From a virus (lineage: Duplodnaviria > Caudoviricetes), in IMG/VR virus record IMGVR_UViG_3300006217_000013, positions 33,555-97,554 of that record: a DNA stretch of 64,000 nucleotides; one strand, 5' to 3'. Under the pieces are notes generated by a model. That model saw nothing but the letters and a program-made list of their open reading frames with translations. It had not been told where the DNA came from and searched no databases. How positions within the stretch are numbered: the stretch's first letter is position 1; each line of letters opens with the position of its first letter. Below, piece after piece: positions 31,320-41,271 of this stretch. The position numbers and the translations under genes were made by a program.

Positions 31320-31497
31320 TCATATAAAAAGCTAATCCTTTAGGCGTTACTTTAGTAACACCACAGGCAAAGCCATTATGTCCTGTCGAATACTTAACAA
31401 CGAAATAACCTCGTTCACAATAGATCTGATAGGCTATATTGGATAGTCCATCACGGAACAATATACCTTTATCACGCAATAACTTCATTAAACGGTT
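31320..31497 (-). pseudogene. remnant of antirepressor KilA-C (ANT) domain
   Basis: Minus strand reads NRLMKLLRDKGIL..N.AYQ.YCERGYF.VK....TKVTPKGL with no start codon. Confidence 0.65.
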
Positions 31498-31624
31498 TAG
31501 AAAGGAATTGTTATTATGAATATAACTAATGCAAAAACCACACTTCCAAAGGATGATTTGACTTGGACAATAGATACAGATATTGAATTTAAATATAACT
31601 GTCCGCCTCTTGATTTTAGCAAGG

Positions 31625-32431
31625 CTACCGCTCTTGACGAAACTGAAATTCGTAAAATTTTAGTACATCTTTCATTACTGAATTTATAGAACTGAACTTA
31701 GGTGAAGCTATTCGATATGTTTGCATATCCTTTAAATAAGTATACAATTTTTCTATATTAGGGAAATAATATAAGACATGCTTGTCTACCAGTTCTTGCA
31801 ACGGAATGTCATGATTATTGTATAGGTTACACACATACAACCTTCCACAATAATCAAAAAGATGTCTATAAACAAATGTATCATTTTTAATATGAGTGAT
31901 TAATTCTTTGTTATATCTGGGTAAATGCCAATCTATCATCTCAACTTTAAGTTTGTTTATGTCATATGGATATGTTTTATTTACCTTTGATGTTATGATG
32001 TGCATATGAACAATTTCTATGATACGCGCATGATATTCGCTCCAATAATACATAGATTCAAAAAGTGGGTGCTCGATGATGTCTTTCCATGTTCCGCCAC
32101 AACATTCTGTATTAAAAATATTATAGTCAGCAAAATGTGTTAATTCATGTAGAATTGTGGCTACTGATGAACTTCTATCAAGTTTATACATTTGATGATT
32201 GATTAGTATTGTATGTTGCTCTGATGAGTTATTGGGATATATGTATGTACCATTTGGTTTGTTATCAAAATCATTTCGTTTATGAAGAGAAAATTTATTA
32301 TAATCAGCAATGATATCATTCGAGAAATATATATTTATTTCTTTTGTTTCAATATGAAATACTAATTGATAATATGCCTTGCAATACTCTATCATATTAT
32401 TTATGTTCTCATCATTTGTTATTAAGCTCAT
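31625..32431 (-). CDS. HEXXH zinc metallopeptidase-like protein
   Basis: ILHELTHFADY...WSEYHA. Confidence 0.65.
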   Translation of the reverse strand: MSLITNDENINNMIEYCKAYYQLVFHIETKEINIYFSNDIIADYNKFSLHKRNDFDNKPNGTYIYPNNSSEQHTILINHQMYKLDRSSSVATILHELTHFADYNIFNTECCGGTWKDIIEHPLFESMYYWSEYHARIIEIVHMHIITSKVNKTYPYDINKLKVEMIDWHLPRYNKELITHIKNDTFVYRHLFDYCGRLYVCNLYNNHDIPLQELVDKHVLYYFPNIEKLYTYLKDMQTYRIASPKFSSINSVMKDVLKFYEFQFRQER

Positions 32432-32493
32432 ATTGCATAAATACCCTTTCTAAGATCTTATTTTTCATTATATCACATCTTTGGTTTTTGATT

Positions 32494-32567
32494 ATTACAT
32501 TTGTGTTACAAATAGTGAAAACGGGTTGACTTCAGTGTTACCAAATGTTATTATATTTGTGTTACCA
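32494..32567 (+). promoter_or_regulatory. promoter of RHH module 1 with upstream TGTAAH-N5-TGTAAH box and GTGTTACCA direct-repeat operators
   Basis: Box 32494-32510; TTGACT -35; repeats at 32535-43 and 32559-67. Confidence 0.6.
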
Positions 32568-32583
32568 GAAGTGAGGTGATGAA

Positions 32584-32760
32584 ATGTCTGGTAAAAAAAT
32601 GGGTAGACCAACAGACAATCCTCGCACTAATAACACTCGCATTAGAATGACAGATGAAGAAGTCGAAAAACTTAACTACTGTTGTCAAAAAACAGGTATG
32701 ACTAAAGCTGATGTTATTAGGTTGGGAATACAGATGGTCTATGACGGTATAAAAAAATAA
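32584..32760 (+). CDS. ribbon-helix-helix (Arc/CopG-like) regulator, 58 aa (missing from ORF track)
   Basis: MSGKKMGRPTDNPRTNNTRIRMTDEE..L..CC...GMTKADVIR. Confidence 0.8.
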   Translation: MSGKKMGRPTDNPRTNNTRIRMTDEEVEKLNYCCQKTGMTKADVIRLGIQMVYDGIKK

Positions 32761-32829
32761 CAGTTACTCCCCTACCAAAGATTGTAACTGTTATTTAAAC
32801 ACCACTCCATAAGGAGATGTAATAAATAT

Positions 32830-32858
32830 ATTATATTACGTTTCCTTTGGAATGTCAA
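32830..32858 (-). promoter_or_regulatory. antisense sigma-A promoter between RHH gene and downstream genes
   Basis: Perfect TTGACA-17-TATAAT on the minus strand. Confidence 0.7.
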
Positions 32859-32883
32859 GTTTTATTTAAAGGAGATGTATTAA

Positions 32884-33189
32884 ATGAAAGAAAATGTAAA
32901 AACAACAACATTAACAGAGCAGGAGAAACACCACTTATTCTTGCTCCATGAACACGCAGACAATTTAGAACGTACAGTATCCAAGTGCGATGCGGTAACA
33001 GACATATTTGAGGAAGCTCTTGAAAGCATGAATGACAAAGGAATAAGACCGTCAGATGACACCACAATTATTGACATTGTAAAGGTCATTCATGATTACA
33101 GTAATCAAGCTAAACAAGGCATAAGAGAACTTGAAAGTGATTTATCTAAGTTTCATATTAATAGTAGAGGCGGTGAGTGTCATGAATGA
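32884..33189 (+). CDS. hypothetical helical protein
   Basis: ORF track; SD AAGGAG. Confidence 0.65.
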   Translation: MKENVKTTTLTEQEKHHLFLLHEHADNLERTVSKCDAVTDIFEEALESMNDKGIRPSDDTTIIDIVKVIHDYSNQAKQGIRELESDLSKFHINSRGGECHE

Positions 33190-33931
33190 ACTACAGATAT
33201 TCACCAATGATATGTTTGGTCAGATTAGAACTGTACAGGCTGATGATAAAGTGCTGTTTTGTGGCAATGATGTAGCACAAGCACTTGGATATTCCCGTCC
33301 TTGAGACGCAATCCGTACTCACTGTAAGGGGGCGTCAAAACACCGCACCCCTACTATAAGCGGTTATCAAGATATGACCTTTATCACAGAGGGCGACTTA
33401 TACCGCCTTATAATACGCTCTAAGCTTCCATCGGCAGAAAAATTTGAGGCTTGGGTTTTTGATGAAATACTCCCCACTATCCGTAAACACGGTATGTATG
33501 CCACGGATGAATTACTTGCTAATCCCGATTTGGCTATTGCAACGTTTCAGGCATTGAAAGACGAGCGGGAAAAGAATAAGGTATTAGAAGCACAGATACA
33601 TAAACAACGACCGCTTGTAGACTTTGCTAATACAGTGCAATCAACTGAGGATAATATTCTTGTAAGGGAGTGTTCAAAGTTAGCAAGTAATTATATAGGC
33701 ATTGATATTGGCGAGAAAGGCTTATATCAAAAGTTGCGTGATTGGAAAATGTTATTAAAAAGACGGAATGAGCCTTCTAAATTGGCATATAAGCAAGGTA
33801 TTCTTGAATATGTGGAAAGAATAATATATAAAGGTGGTATGCCCTGCCTTGCTCATACAACTAAGGTTACTCCGAAAGGACAGGTTTATATTATCAATAA
33901 GTTAATTAAGGAATATAATAATGTAGCATAA
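33182..33931 (+). pseudogene. BRO-N plus KilA-C phage antirepressor with premature stop
   Basis: MNELQIFTNDMFGQIRTV...DVAQALGYSRP*DAIRTHCK; in-frame TGA at 33302-33304; continues into ORF 33374-33931. Confidence 0.85.
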
Positions 33932-33940
33932 TTATATAGA

Positions 33941-33973
33941 AAAATAAACCGTAGCCTAATACGGTTTATTTTT
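33941..33973. terminator. bidirectional intrinsic terminator inside the intron
   Basis: AAAATAAACCGTA/TACGGTTTATTTT between convergent genes. Confidence 0.7.
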
Positions 33974-33987
33974 GTACAATTTATTAT

Positions 33988-34851
33988 TTAGAGTGTAGTA
34001 AAATCAAATTTCCCATTAATATCACAAATCTTAATATTTGCAATCTTAAATATGCTAAACAATACTTCTCCACATTCTACAATCATTTCCTTTGAAAGAT
34101 TTTGAGGATATTCTGCCATATTATCATCTATCCATAGTTGGATATTGTTAATATATTTCAGCAGCAAGGGATTTTTAGATAACCTTCCAATAATCTCATT
34201 GGCATATTCTTTAACTTTGCTGTTTTTATATGCCATTGTCTGTAGTATAGTATATATAAATAACTCAAAAGATTTTTGATGTGTATCAAATATATTATAC
34301 GCAGGATACTGCCATTTAGAAATATCTTCTACCATTTTTAATACCTTATCAGAATAGTTATAAATATTATTCCCATCTAAATCCTTGCCTAATAGATTCA
34401 CCAAAGCAGGTGAAAATTTATTTCCTGTACAAAATGCTAAATATTCGTCTAAATATGTAAGTCCAAATGAAAAATATAAATCATTAGTGGTTACAATATG
34501 TTGCTTAACTTTTAAGTATTCAGAATAGTTCAAAACATCTGAAAACATTTCAAAGTTTTTAGCATGTCCTACTTCATGTGCCAAATATGTTAAGTATAAT
34601 TCATTTGCAGTATCATGCATACTTAATAATTTTGATGTCAAAAACATATCAACACATTTTTTATTTTTTATGATATTTCCTTGTGTTAGTCCCATATAAT
34701 CATCATTATCCGAAACGATACTGATTCGATTTATTGATGATACATTAAAGTGTTTAGCTATAGTATCTAAATCTTGTTCTAAAAACGAAGGAAATTGTTT
34801 CCCGTTATTTATTGACACTTTTACTGTTTTATTATTTATATTAAAATACAT
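33988..34851 (-). CDS. HEXXH zinc metallopeptidase-like protein
   Basis: LAHEVGHAKN...LDEYLAF. Confidence 0.65.
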   Translation of the reverse strand: MYFNINNKTVKVSINNGKQFPSFLEQDLDTIAKHFNVSSINRISIVSDNDDYMGLTQGNIIKNKKCVDMFLTSKLLSMHDTANELYLTYLAHEVGHAKNFEMFSDVLNYSEYLKVKQHIVTTNDLYFSFGLTYLDEYLAFCTGNKFSPALVNLLGKDLDGNNIYNYSDKVLKMVEDISKWQYPAYNIFDTHQKSFELFIYTILQTMAYKNSKVKEYANEIIGRLSKNPLLLKYINNIQLWIDDNMAEYPQNLSKEMIVECGEVLFSIFKIANIKICDINGKFDFTTL

Positions 34852-35071
34852 TTTAAGCCTCCATAGAAAGGAATTTAATTGCTATGCAATCTCTTACAAA
34901 TTATGATAATTACATTGATTCTCATAGACGAAATGCTCACATTATCCTAAAAGGTGAGCCTGTTATTGTTGATGCAGATAAATTATATAAAGAACAATTA
35001 CCTACTGCAAACAAGTCGCGATAGTAATTTTCTACCACTTATACCCACAATTTTCGCAGTGCCATTGATGA

Positions 35072-35887
35072 TTATTTTAGGTATTTTTCTAAATTATCAC
35101 TACTTAATATTTCTGCAAAGTCCTGTAAGTAACGTAAATTTATTAAAGCTGCTTCTGTATTTAACATCGACCTACTCACGTTTTCTGTTATTTTATTCAA
35201 ATTAACAGAAAGCAATTGGTAATGTATTTGTGCTAAATCAATACAGTCCTCAAAGTCTTTTGTTAATTCTTTTATCGAATAGACTGTTTTTAAATTATTT
35301 TGTAAATAATTATATAATTCTTGTATTGCACTATTATAAACTTCCTTGTTATATAGTTCTTTGATATTTTCAATATTCTCATTCAGTTTAGAAAAAGATG
35401 AAATAAATGCATTTATTTCTAAAATAACTTTGGGTATTTTTGAATTTATAATATTTATAATATTATCCACACTTTCAATGTTATAATCTATATTATAATA
35501 AAACTCATTTATTTTTTTAACCCTATCATCTAAGTTGACCGTCAGTTCTTTAAGATCATCTACTATTATATTAGGTAATAGTAATTTGTGACATATTATA
35601 TATATACCACTTATTTTATTGCAACATTGATTATATGCTTGTATTTTGTTTCTTTTAAGAGGCACATATATTATGACCCATGAAATAAATGCACTAGCAC
35701 TTATTCCCAGCATTATATTGATTAAAAATTCACTCCACTTTAAACATATTTTGTACTCAAAAATTTTTAGAGTTATTGCAGCAACAATGCATATAATAGC
35801 AATTCCCATTAAAATAATGAGTATATTTTTTTCATTATACGATGCTGTCTTTTTTCTTATTGTTATTTTCCCTCTTTTCATTTGCAC
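35072..35887 (-). CDS. hypothetical membrane protein (2 N-terminal TM helices)
   Basis: ORF track; hydrophobic segments. Confidence 0.6.
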   Translation of the reverse strand: MQMKRGKITIRKKTASYNEKNILIILMGIAIICIVAAITLKIFEYKICLKWSEFLINIMLGISASAFISWVIIYVPLKRNKIQAYNQCCNKISGIYIICHKLLLPNIIVDDLKELTVNLDDRVKKINEFYYNIDYNIESVDNIINIINSKIPKVILEINAFISSFSKLNENIENIKELYNKEVYNSAIQELYNYLQNNLKTVYSIKELTKDFEDCIDLAQIHYQLLSVNLNKITENVSRSMLNTEAALINLRYLQDFAEILSSDNLEKYLK

Positions 35888-36009
35888 ATCACCTCTTAGT
35901 CCAACTATATCACATTTTAGTAGTTATTTCAAGATGTTTTAATTACTGCACTATTACACGAAATAGTACACTGAACATATAGATACTTTCAAATGATTAT
36001 CGGGCTTTT

Positions 36010-36050
36010 ATTACATTTGTGTTACAAATCTCTTTGAGGGGTTGACTTTT
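36010..36050 (+). promoter_or_regulatory. orphan copy of RHH-module promoter head
   Basis: ATTACATTTGTGTTACAAAT identical to 32494-32513, then GGGTTGACT, with no RHH gene following. Confidence 0.55.
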
Positions 36051-36111
36051 GTGGATATAAAAAGAAGAGGAAATATAACTATATCTCCTCTTCCCTATCA
36101 AGCTTATATCC

Positions 36112-36639
36112 TTAACTTATCATTTTTAACATACACATAATAATGCGTTGTCTAATACCCTTCTTGCGGATATTCTTAAAGTTATGTTTAAATATAGTAA
36201 CTATTTTATCCATAAAATCTTCGGGTAAAATGCTTTGTTTAAACTCGTTACATTCTTTACAGGTGCATTGAAAATTTTCTATTGCATTTTCACCACCTTT
36301 AGACAAAGGAATAATATGGTCTATTGTCATCTCTGTGTAAACGAGAGGTCTTCCACATAAAGCACACTTACCATCTGCTTGTTTATAGATATATTTTCGC
36401 ACCATATCACTAATGGCACAGCGTTTAGTTTTACTTTTAGATGGTTTCTTGTTAGCTGAGGCATAGTCAGACACATAGAAAGTTTTCTTGTATTTTTGAG
36501 GTATTATCTCATAGAACGCTTTTGCTTCTGATTCGGATGGAAAGGTTTGAATTGTCTTTTTATAGTTAGCGCCCTTAATTTCATTATTAGGGTATCTGCG
36601 TAGATATGTTCCACAGCCATTTGTTATTACATACTGCAT
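36112..36639 (-). CDS. HNH endonuclease
   Basis: CALCG...TIDHIIPLSKGG.N...N....CKECN..K. Confidence 0.9.
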   Translation of the reverse strand: MQYVITNGCGTYLRRYPNNEIKGANYKKTIQTFPSESEAKAFYEIIPQKYKKTFYVSDYASANKKPSKSKTKRCAISDMVRKYIYKQADGKCALCGRPLVYTEMTIDHIIPLSKGGENAIENFQCTCKECNEFKQSILPEDFMDKIVTIFKHNFKNIRKKGIRQRIIMCMLKMIS

Positions 36640-36653
36640 ATTAGACCCCCTAC

Positions 36654-37577
36654 TTAAATCCAGTCTTTAACATCAACCATTTTATAAAACTGTGATACCT
36701 CAACGCTAAAGTCAAAAGACATGAGCATCAATGTTTCCAAATAAGGAACAAATTTTTTAATAGGTGTGTCAGCTTTGCCAACCAAATCAAGCATGGTTTC
36801 TAATGCGGTCGCCATATCCTTTAATTCACCTAACTTAGCATAAGCAACAGGGTCGCGGCTTACTGTAACATAATTTGTTTTATTATCTGGTTTCTTTTCA
36901 GGCAAAGTCTTATCCATATAAGGCACATACTTGAAACATTCTGCATTGCTAATATCACATTTAAGTAGTTCAGCTAATTTAAGACAACCTTTGTAGGTAA
37001 GCAATATTAGATGAGAAACCTGTCTATGGTGTTTTGTATTGAGATATTTAAACTGCTGTAATTCAGCGCCTTCTAATAAGTAGTATTCTGTTCCTTTGCT
37101 TAGTGAACTGCTTACATAGTAGTTTATCATTCCCTGATTAGCTCCTGTGAAGTATTCAAAGTCTTTTATGGTAATTACCTTTTCGCCGTTCCAAAACTTA
37201 TCAAAGTAGACTGATTCGTTTTGAATAGATGGCTTTTGTCTGAAATATGAATTAACAAGTTCACGCTGTACCGTCCACGCTAAATCGTCTGTAAAGGATT
37301 TTACAAGCATTAGGTAGCCCGTTTCTGTTATGAGAATTAAACCATTTGGAGCCTTAATTCCGAACTCTTTTTGGGCTTCGTCCGTTTTTCGGACGAAGTA
37401 ATCTACACTTTCAATAAAGTGTGTTCTGTTGTCATTGAAGCGTTTTCTTGCCGTGCCGTTTGGTCTGTTATGTACTGTATCAATGTCTTTGAGTGTAACT
37501 ACACGCTGACCGTCATATTCCTTGATTTGTAATGGTTGGTTGTTTACCGTTAGTGTTAATTTGTTTAAATCTTTCAT
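36654..37577 (-). CDS. ORF6N-domain antirepressor-like protein
   Basis: IKEYDGQRVVTLKDIDTVH.RP.GTARKRFNDN...TETGYLMLVKSFTDDLAW.VQRELVN.YF. Confidence 0.85.
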   Translation of the reverse strand: MKDLNKLTLTVNNQPLQIKEYDGQRVVTLKDIDTVHNRPNGTARKRFNDNRTHFIESVDYFVRKTDEAQKEFGIKAPNGLILITETGYLMLVKSFTDDLAWTVQRELVNSYFRQKPSIQNESVYFDKFWNGEKVITIKDFEYFTGANQGMINYYVSSSLSKGTEYYLLEGAELQQFKYLNTKHHRQVSHLILLTYKGCLKLAELLKCDISNAECFKYVPYMDKTLPEKKPDNKTNYVTVSRDPVAYAKLGELKDMATALETMLDLVGKADTPIKKFVPYLETLMLMSFDFSVEVSQFYKMVDVKDWI

Positions 37578-37603
37578 TATACACATCTCCTTTTGATTTG
37601 ATA

Positions 37604-37632
37604 TTGACAAAAGAAGCTGTCCATAGTATAAT
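37604..37632 (+). promoter_or_regulatory. antisense sigma-A promoter between RHH and ORF6N genes
   Basis: Perfect TTGACA-17-TATAAT. Confidence 0.7.
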
Positions 37633-37697
37633 TAGATTTATAGACGAGTTCTCTTGTCTTGGTGTAGAAGGATAAACGTCACCGTCCAAAGTTGCGT

Positions 37698-37883
37698 TTA
37701 TTCTTCTTTTTGTATGCTATCCCTTAATCTATAAAAACCTTGTCGTAGAGCCTCTGCTTTGGTTACATTCGCTTTTTTGCAATACTCTTCTAAATCGGAA
37801 TATGTGGTGTTGTCAAAACGAACTGTAATCTTAATTCCTTTAGGATTTTCAGATAAAGGACGTCCGATTTTCTTTTCAGGCAC
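37698..37883 (-). CDS. ribbon-helix-helix regulator
   Basis: GRPLSENPK..KITVRFD...L..YC....TKAEALR. Confidence 0.8.
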   Translation of the reverse strand: MPEKKIGRPLSENPKGIKITVRFDNTTYSDLEEYCKKANVTKAEALRQGFYRLRDSIQKEE

Positions 37884-37904
37884 TTCTTCACCTCCAATAC
37901 TTTT

Positions 37905-37980
37905 TGCCTGTCAATAATTATTATAGTTTATGACTGTCAAAAAGTCAATGGATTGGATGGTTTTGTAACAAAAATGTAAT
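37905..37980 (-). promoter_or_regulatory. promoter of RHH module 2
   Basis: TTGACT-17-TATAAT; TTGACAG(T/G)CA repeats at 37905-14 and 37931-40; box TGTAAC-AAAAA-TGTAAT at 37964-80. Confidence 0.65.
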
Positions 37981-38067
37981 GTTTGTTTGTTTTTTGTAAT
38001 ACATAAAATGTTGAAATATTATGCTTATTGTAATAAAATAAATAATATATATTATTATTAAATTATA

Positions 38068-40122
38068 ATGGAGTTTAATATGGCAAAAAGAAAGCATGAG
38101 GCATTGACAGTCGTAAAATTAATAAACGAAATATTAGTAAATCAGTTAAAAATACCTTTCCAAAATATAGCAAATGACATTACAATTCCATCATATTTAG
38201 GGTCATATCGTCCTGATATTTTAATCTCGGCGACTGCTTATAGTATAACGAATGAAGAACAATATGTAAAGAATTTACTTGCATATGCTGAAGTAAAGGA
38301 TAATTGCACTGTCAACGATAAAGATTGGCAGAATGCAATTTCCCAAGGTAAGCTTAAAGCTTTAAAATTAAAGTTGCCTTATTTTATTGTTACAAATTAT
38401 GTTGTTACATATTTTTATAATACACAAACATTAGAACAACTTACTTTAGATGGCAATCCTATTCGTGAATTTCAAACAATGGATATTTATCGTCTTATTA
38501 AAAGTCAGTTGAGTAAAAAAAACACCTCTAATACAATAATTACTAACCCTGATTCAAAATCTGCTATTTCTGAAGCAATATTTAATAAAAAGCTTTGGGA
38601 ATTAGAGAGTGTCTACAGAGAAATTAATTTTAAAAACAATGTTCAAAAAATTGACTTTACAATAGGGCTTATTGCTCTTGAATATTTTGAGGAAAAACAA
38701 GAGATGGATGGAAATAAAGATGTAACGAAAGTTTATTGGTCGACATGTAATGATAATATAGCCGAAAAAGTAAAAAATAATTTGAGTGGATATATTAGTC
38801 GTTTAGAAAATGAAACAACATTCAATGAATTTAAAAAAGTTATGGAAGTTGTTCGTTTGTCAATAGAGGGGAATTCTAACACAAAGGCAATTATTGATGT
38901 AGATAATACGAAAAAAATTTATAATATCGTGGATTCAATGAAACCCTTGCATGGTACTGGTTTTGATTTATTTGGAGCGGTTTATGAGAAATTTGCATCT
39001 ACTAAAGAGAAGAGTGATTTTGGAGAATATTTTACACGAAGACACTATACTCATATTTTTGCCAAGTTATTATTGCAAGATGAAAAAGTATATAATATAG
39101 ACCGAGAGTTTTCTATCATCGACCCAGCCTGCGGAACAGGTGGCTTTCTGACTGAAAGTTTTAAAGTGCTATTGTCAAATTACCAAAAAAGTGGCACACT
39201 TTCTCCAGATGCAATTCACTTTTTGTCCAAGAAATGTTTTTATGGAGTTGATGTAAAAGAAGATAACATATCATATACAAAGTTAAACATGTTCCTTGTT
39301 GGCGATGGTCATACTCACATGTATGTTGAAAATACATTGAAACCGAGTAAAGAAACAAGTAAAAAAATATTATCACAAAGATTTCAATATGCCATAACTA
39401 ACCCGCCTTATGGTAGTGGAACAATTGCAGCTGATACAAACGCTATTTCATCTACCAGACGAGAAATTGCATTTATATGTGAAATCATTAAGTTGCTTAA
39501 AATAGGTGGAAAAGGATGTATTATAACTCCTGATGGAATTTTAGAAAATCCATCATATAAAGCATTTAGAAATGAAATTCTTGAAAAATGTGATATATAT
39601 GCTATTGTATCTTTGCCAAAATTTGCTTTTGCTCCCTACACCAAAGAAAAAACTTATGCTCTATTTATCAAAAAGCGTAGCGAGAAAATAACACAAAAAC
39701 AACACTCCCCTATTTGGATGTATATAATTGACAATGATGGATTTGCAAATTCTGATCAACGATTTCCAACTAGTCTTCGTGATGAGCACACTGGTTGGTT
39801 ACATAATGAAATTTTAGGTTGGATAGATAATAACGGTATTGAACAATTAAGTCTACTCGAAAAAAGATGGCTAACATTTGATGATGCAGATACTAATGGA
39901 ACAACATGGATAAATGAAAAAGGTATTCCAATAACAAAGAGAAAAGGCGGAAATATTTCTATTAATATGATTATACGCGATAAATACACTACATTATTAC
40001 CCGAATATTATTTGCGTCCATATATTCCAAAGTATGCTTATGAAAATGACTTTAACAACGAACTTAATATAATAAAAAAACAAATGGAGGATGTTCTTCA
40101 TGAATTTTCTGGAAATCTTTAA
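38068..40122 (+). CDS. fused restriction endonuclease / N6-adenine methyltransferase (type IIB/IIG-like RM subunit)
   Basis: N-terminal RPDI...AEVK nuclease motif; GEYFT, DPACGTGGFL and NPPY MTase motifs. Confidence 0.85.
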   Translation: MEFNMAKRKHEALTVVKLINEILVNQLKIPFQNIANDITIPSYLGSYRPDILISATAYSITNEEQYVKNLLAYAEVKDNCTVNDKDWQNAISQGKLKALKLKLPYFIVTNYVVTYFYNTQTLEQLTLDGNPIREFQTMDIYRLIKSQLSKKNTSNTIITNPDSKSAISEAIFNKKLWELESVYREINFKNNVQKIDFTIGLIALEYFEEKQEMDGNKDVTKVYWSTCNDNIAEKVKNNLSGYISRLENETTFNEFKKVMEVVRLSIEGNSNTKAIIDVDNTKKIYNIVDSMKPLHGTGFDLFGAVYEKFASTKEKSDFGEYFTRRHYTHIFAKLLLQDEKVYNIDREFSIIDPACGTGGFLTESFKVLLSNYQKSGTLSPDAIHFLSKKCFYGVDVKEDNISYTKLNMFLVGDGHTHMYVENTLKPSKETSKKILSQRFQYAITNPPYGSGTIAADTNAISSTRREIAFICEIIKLLKIGGKGCIITPDGILENPSYKAFRNEILEKCDIYAIVSLPKFAFAPYTKEKTYALFIKKRSEKITQKQHSPIWMYIIDNDGFANSDQRFPTSLRDEHTGWLHNEILGWIDNNGIEQLSLLEKRWLTFDDADTNGTTWINEKGIPITKRKGGNISINMIIRDKYTTLLPEYYLRPYIPKYAYENDFNNELNIIKKQMEDVLHEFSGNL

Positions 40123-40657
40123 TCCTATTGAAAAGGGGAACTATGCGCTAACAGATGAGGCGATATATATGTCTATTCTAAATCATGACCAAATGATTCC
40201 ATTATGGGGTGGAAATAAAGAGCACACGACAATTGATCGTATGGTTTCCAAGTCTGCAAAAACAAAGAAAGGAGTTCCAATTAAAGTATTTAGTGGTGAA
40301 GGTATTATTATTAGTTTGGACGGGAGTGCTGGAAATATGACATATAAAACAAATGAAGAATTCGCACTAAACCATCATGCCGGCTTTATTACCGTTCGTG
40401 AAGATATAAAAACGGATATAAATTTAAAATTTTTTTCTCTGTTTTATCAAAATAGATATAAACATCTTAGCGTTAGCGATGGCTCTAAAACATTGTCTTT
40501 AAAACAGATATATAATGAAGAAATACATCTTCCAACAATAGACATACAAAACAATATAATGAAGAAATTAAATACTTGTCTTAACGCAATCAATAAATTT
40601 CATAGTTTGGAGAATCAGTTATATGAATTAGTTTCAAGAGAAATAATTTGCCCCTGA
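40100..40657 (+). CDS. RM specificity subunit (single TRD, HsdS-like)
   Basis: IIISLDGSAG...LPTIDIQNNI pattern; overlaps the MTase gene. Confidence 0.7.
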   Translation: MNFLEIFNPIEKGNYALTDEAIYMSILNHDQMIPLWGGNKEHTTIDRMVSKSAKTKKGVPIKVFSGEGIIISLDGSAGNMTYKTNEEFALNHHAGFITVREDIKTDINLKFFSLFYQNRYKHLSVSDGSKTLSLKQIYNEEIHLPTIDIQNNIMKKLNTCLNAINKFHSLENQLYELVSREIICP

Positions 40658-40701
40658 TTTAAGAGACTATTTAAAAATAAATATCTACTTTATAATCCAT
40701 A

Positions 40702-41196
40702 TCAATTCCCCGGTTTCCACTTATGTCCGCACTTCTGGCAGACATTTCTTGGGCTACCGCTACCTATAAAACCTGTTACAATACTATATCCCCTATTTGT
40801 TGTAGCAACTGAAAAAGAACCACATTTAGGACATTGTACAGCATTAGGGTGAGCGTCTCTGTATGCTTGCTCTTTTTGAGCACGTTCAATACGTTCTTGT
40901 GCTAATCTCAACTCATATTCTGTTGGCGGCTTGTATGTATTGTCAGGTTTCCAATGTTCACCCATCACAACTTTAAATGCTAATTGCTCCTCATACTCTT
41001 TTTTATATTGAGCCATTTCTTCATCTGATGCATTATCTACACATTCAAGTTCAGCCTTGTAGATGCAGTTAGGACAATATTCAACATCATATTCTAAAAC
41101 AATCCAATGGCATTTTGGACATCTTTTCAATATTACCACTTCTTCCCTTAATAAGATAATATAAGTATATACTAAAACTGATAATTCGTCAACCAA
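40702..41196 (-). CDS. double zinc-ribbon protein (true start probably TTG near 41130)
   Basis: CPKC..CPNC and [14 protein letters not shown]; minus-strand TTGACG-17-TATACT promoter. Confidence 0.7.
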   Translation of the reverse strand: MVDELSVLVYTYIILLREEVVILKRCPKCHWIVLEYDVEYCPNCIYKAELECVDNASDEEMAQYKKEYEEQLAFKVVMGEHWKPDNTYKPPTEYELRLAQERIERAQKEQAYRDAHPNAVQCPKCGSFSVATTNRGYSIVTGFIGSGSPRNVCQKCGHKWKPGN

Positions 41197-41198
41197 AA

Positions 41199-41271
41199 TT
41201 CATTAGTCTCACAATCTAATGAAATCTTATTTTATGCTTCGCAAACATGAAATACGTGTAATTTTAGTCCG
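41199..41271 (+). ncRNA. 3' terminal module of the intron (P9-like hairpins and omega-G)
   Basis: Hairpins 41199-41223 and 41228-41254; ACGUGUA(41254-60) complementary to 27113-19; AGUCC(41266-70) complementary to GGACU(27341-45); terminal G41271. Confidence 0.65.

Larger units (their letters stand above)
27014..41271 (+). mobile_element. giant (14,258 nt) group I-like intron with cargo genes interrupting the TMP gene
   Basis: P1 GCUGGU(27008-13)/GCCAGC(27055-60); P10 27040-51/41276-87; terminal G41271; removal restores the reading frame. Confidence 0.82.

Noticed and set aside
33302-33304. Stop-codon reassignment suggested by in-frame TGA (and TAA at 28092)
   Set aside because: Isolated cases in accessory genes; all three stops terminate core genes normally and there is no suppressor tRNA.
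36112-36639. HNH gene as the intron's homing endonuclease
   Set aside because: It is antisense to the intron, 8.5 kb from the core and coupled to the ORF6N operon; the sequence gives no evidence that it targets the exon junction.
27014-41271. TMP restored by DNA excision (skin-like element) instead of RNA splicing
   Set aside because: No direct or inverted repeat is shared by the two junctions (GCTGGT|GGAGC vs GTCCG|ATAGT) and there is no recombinase inside the interval, while RNA-type P1/P10 pairings with U.G explain both ends. Not formally excluded.
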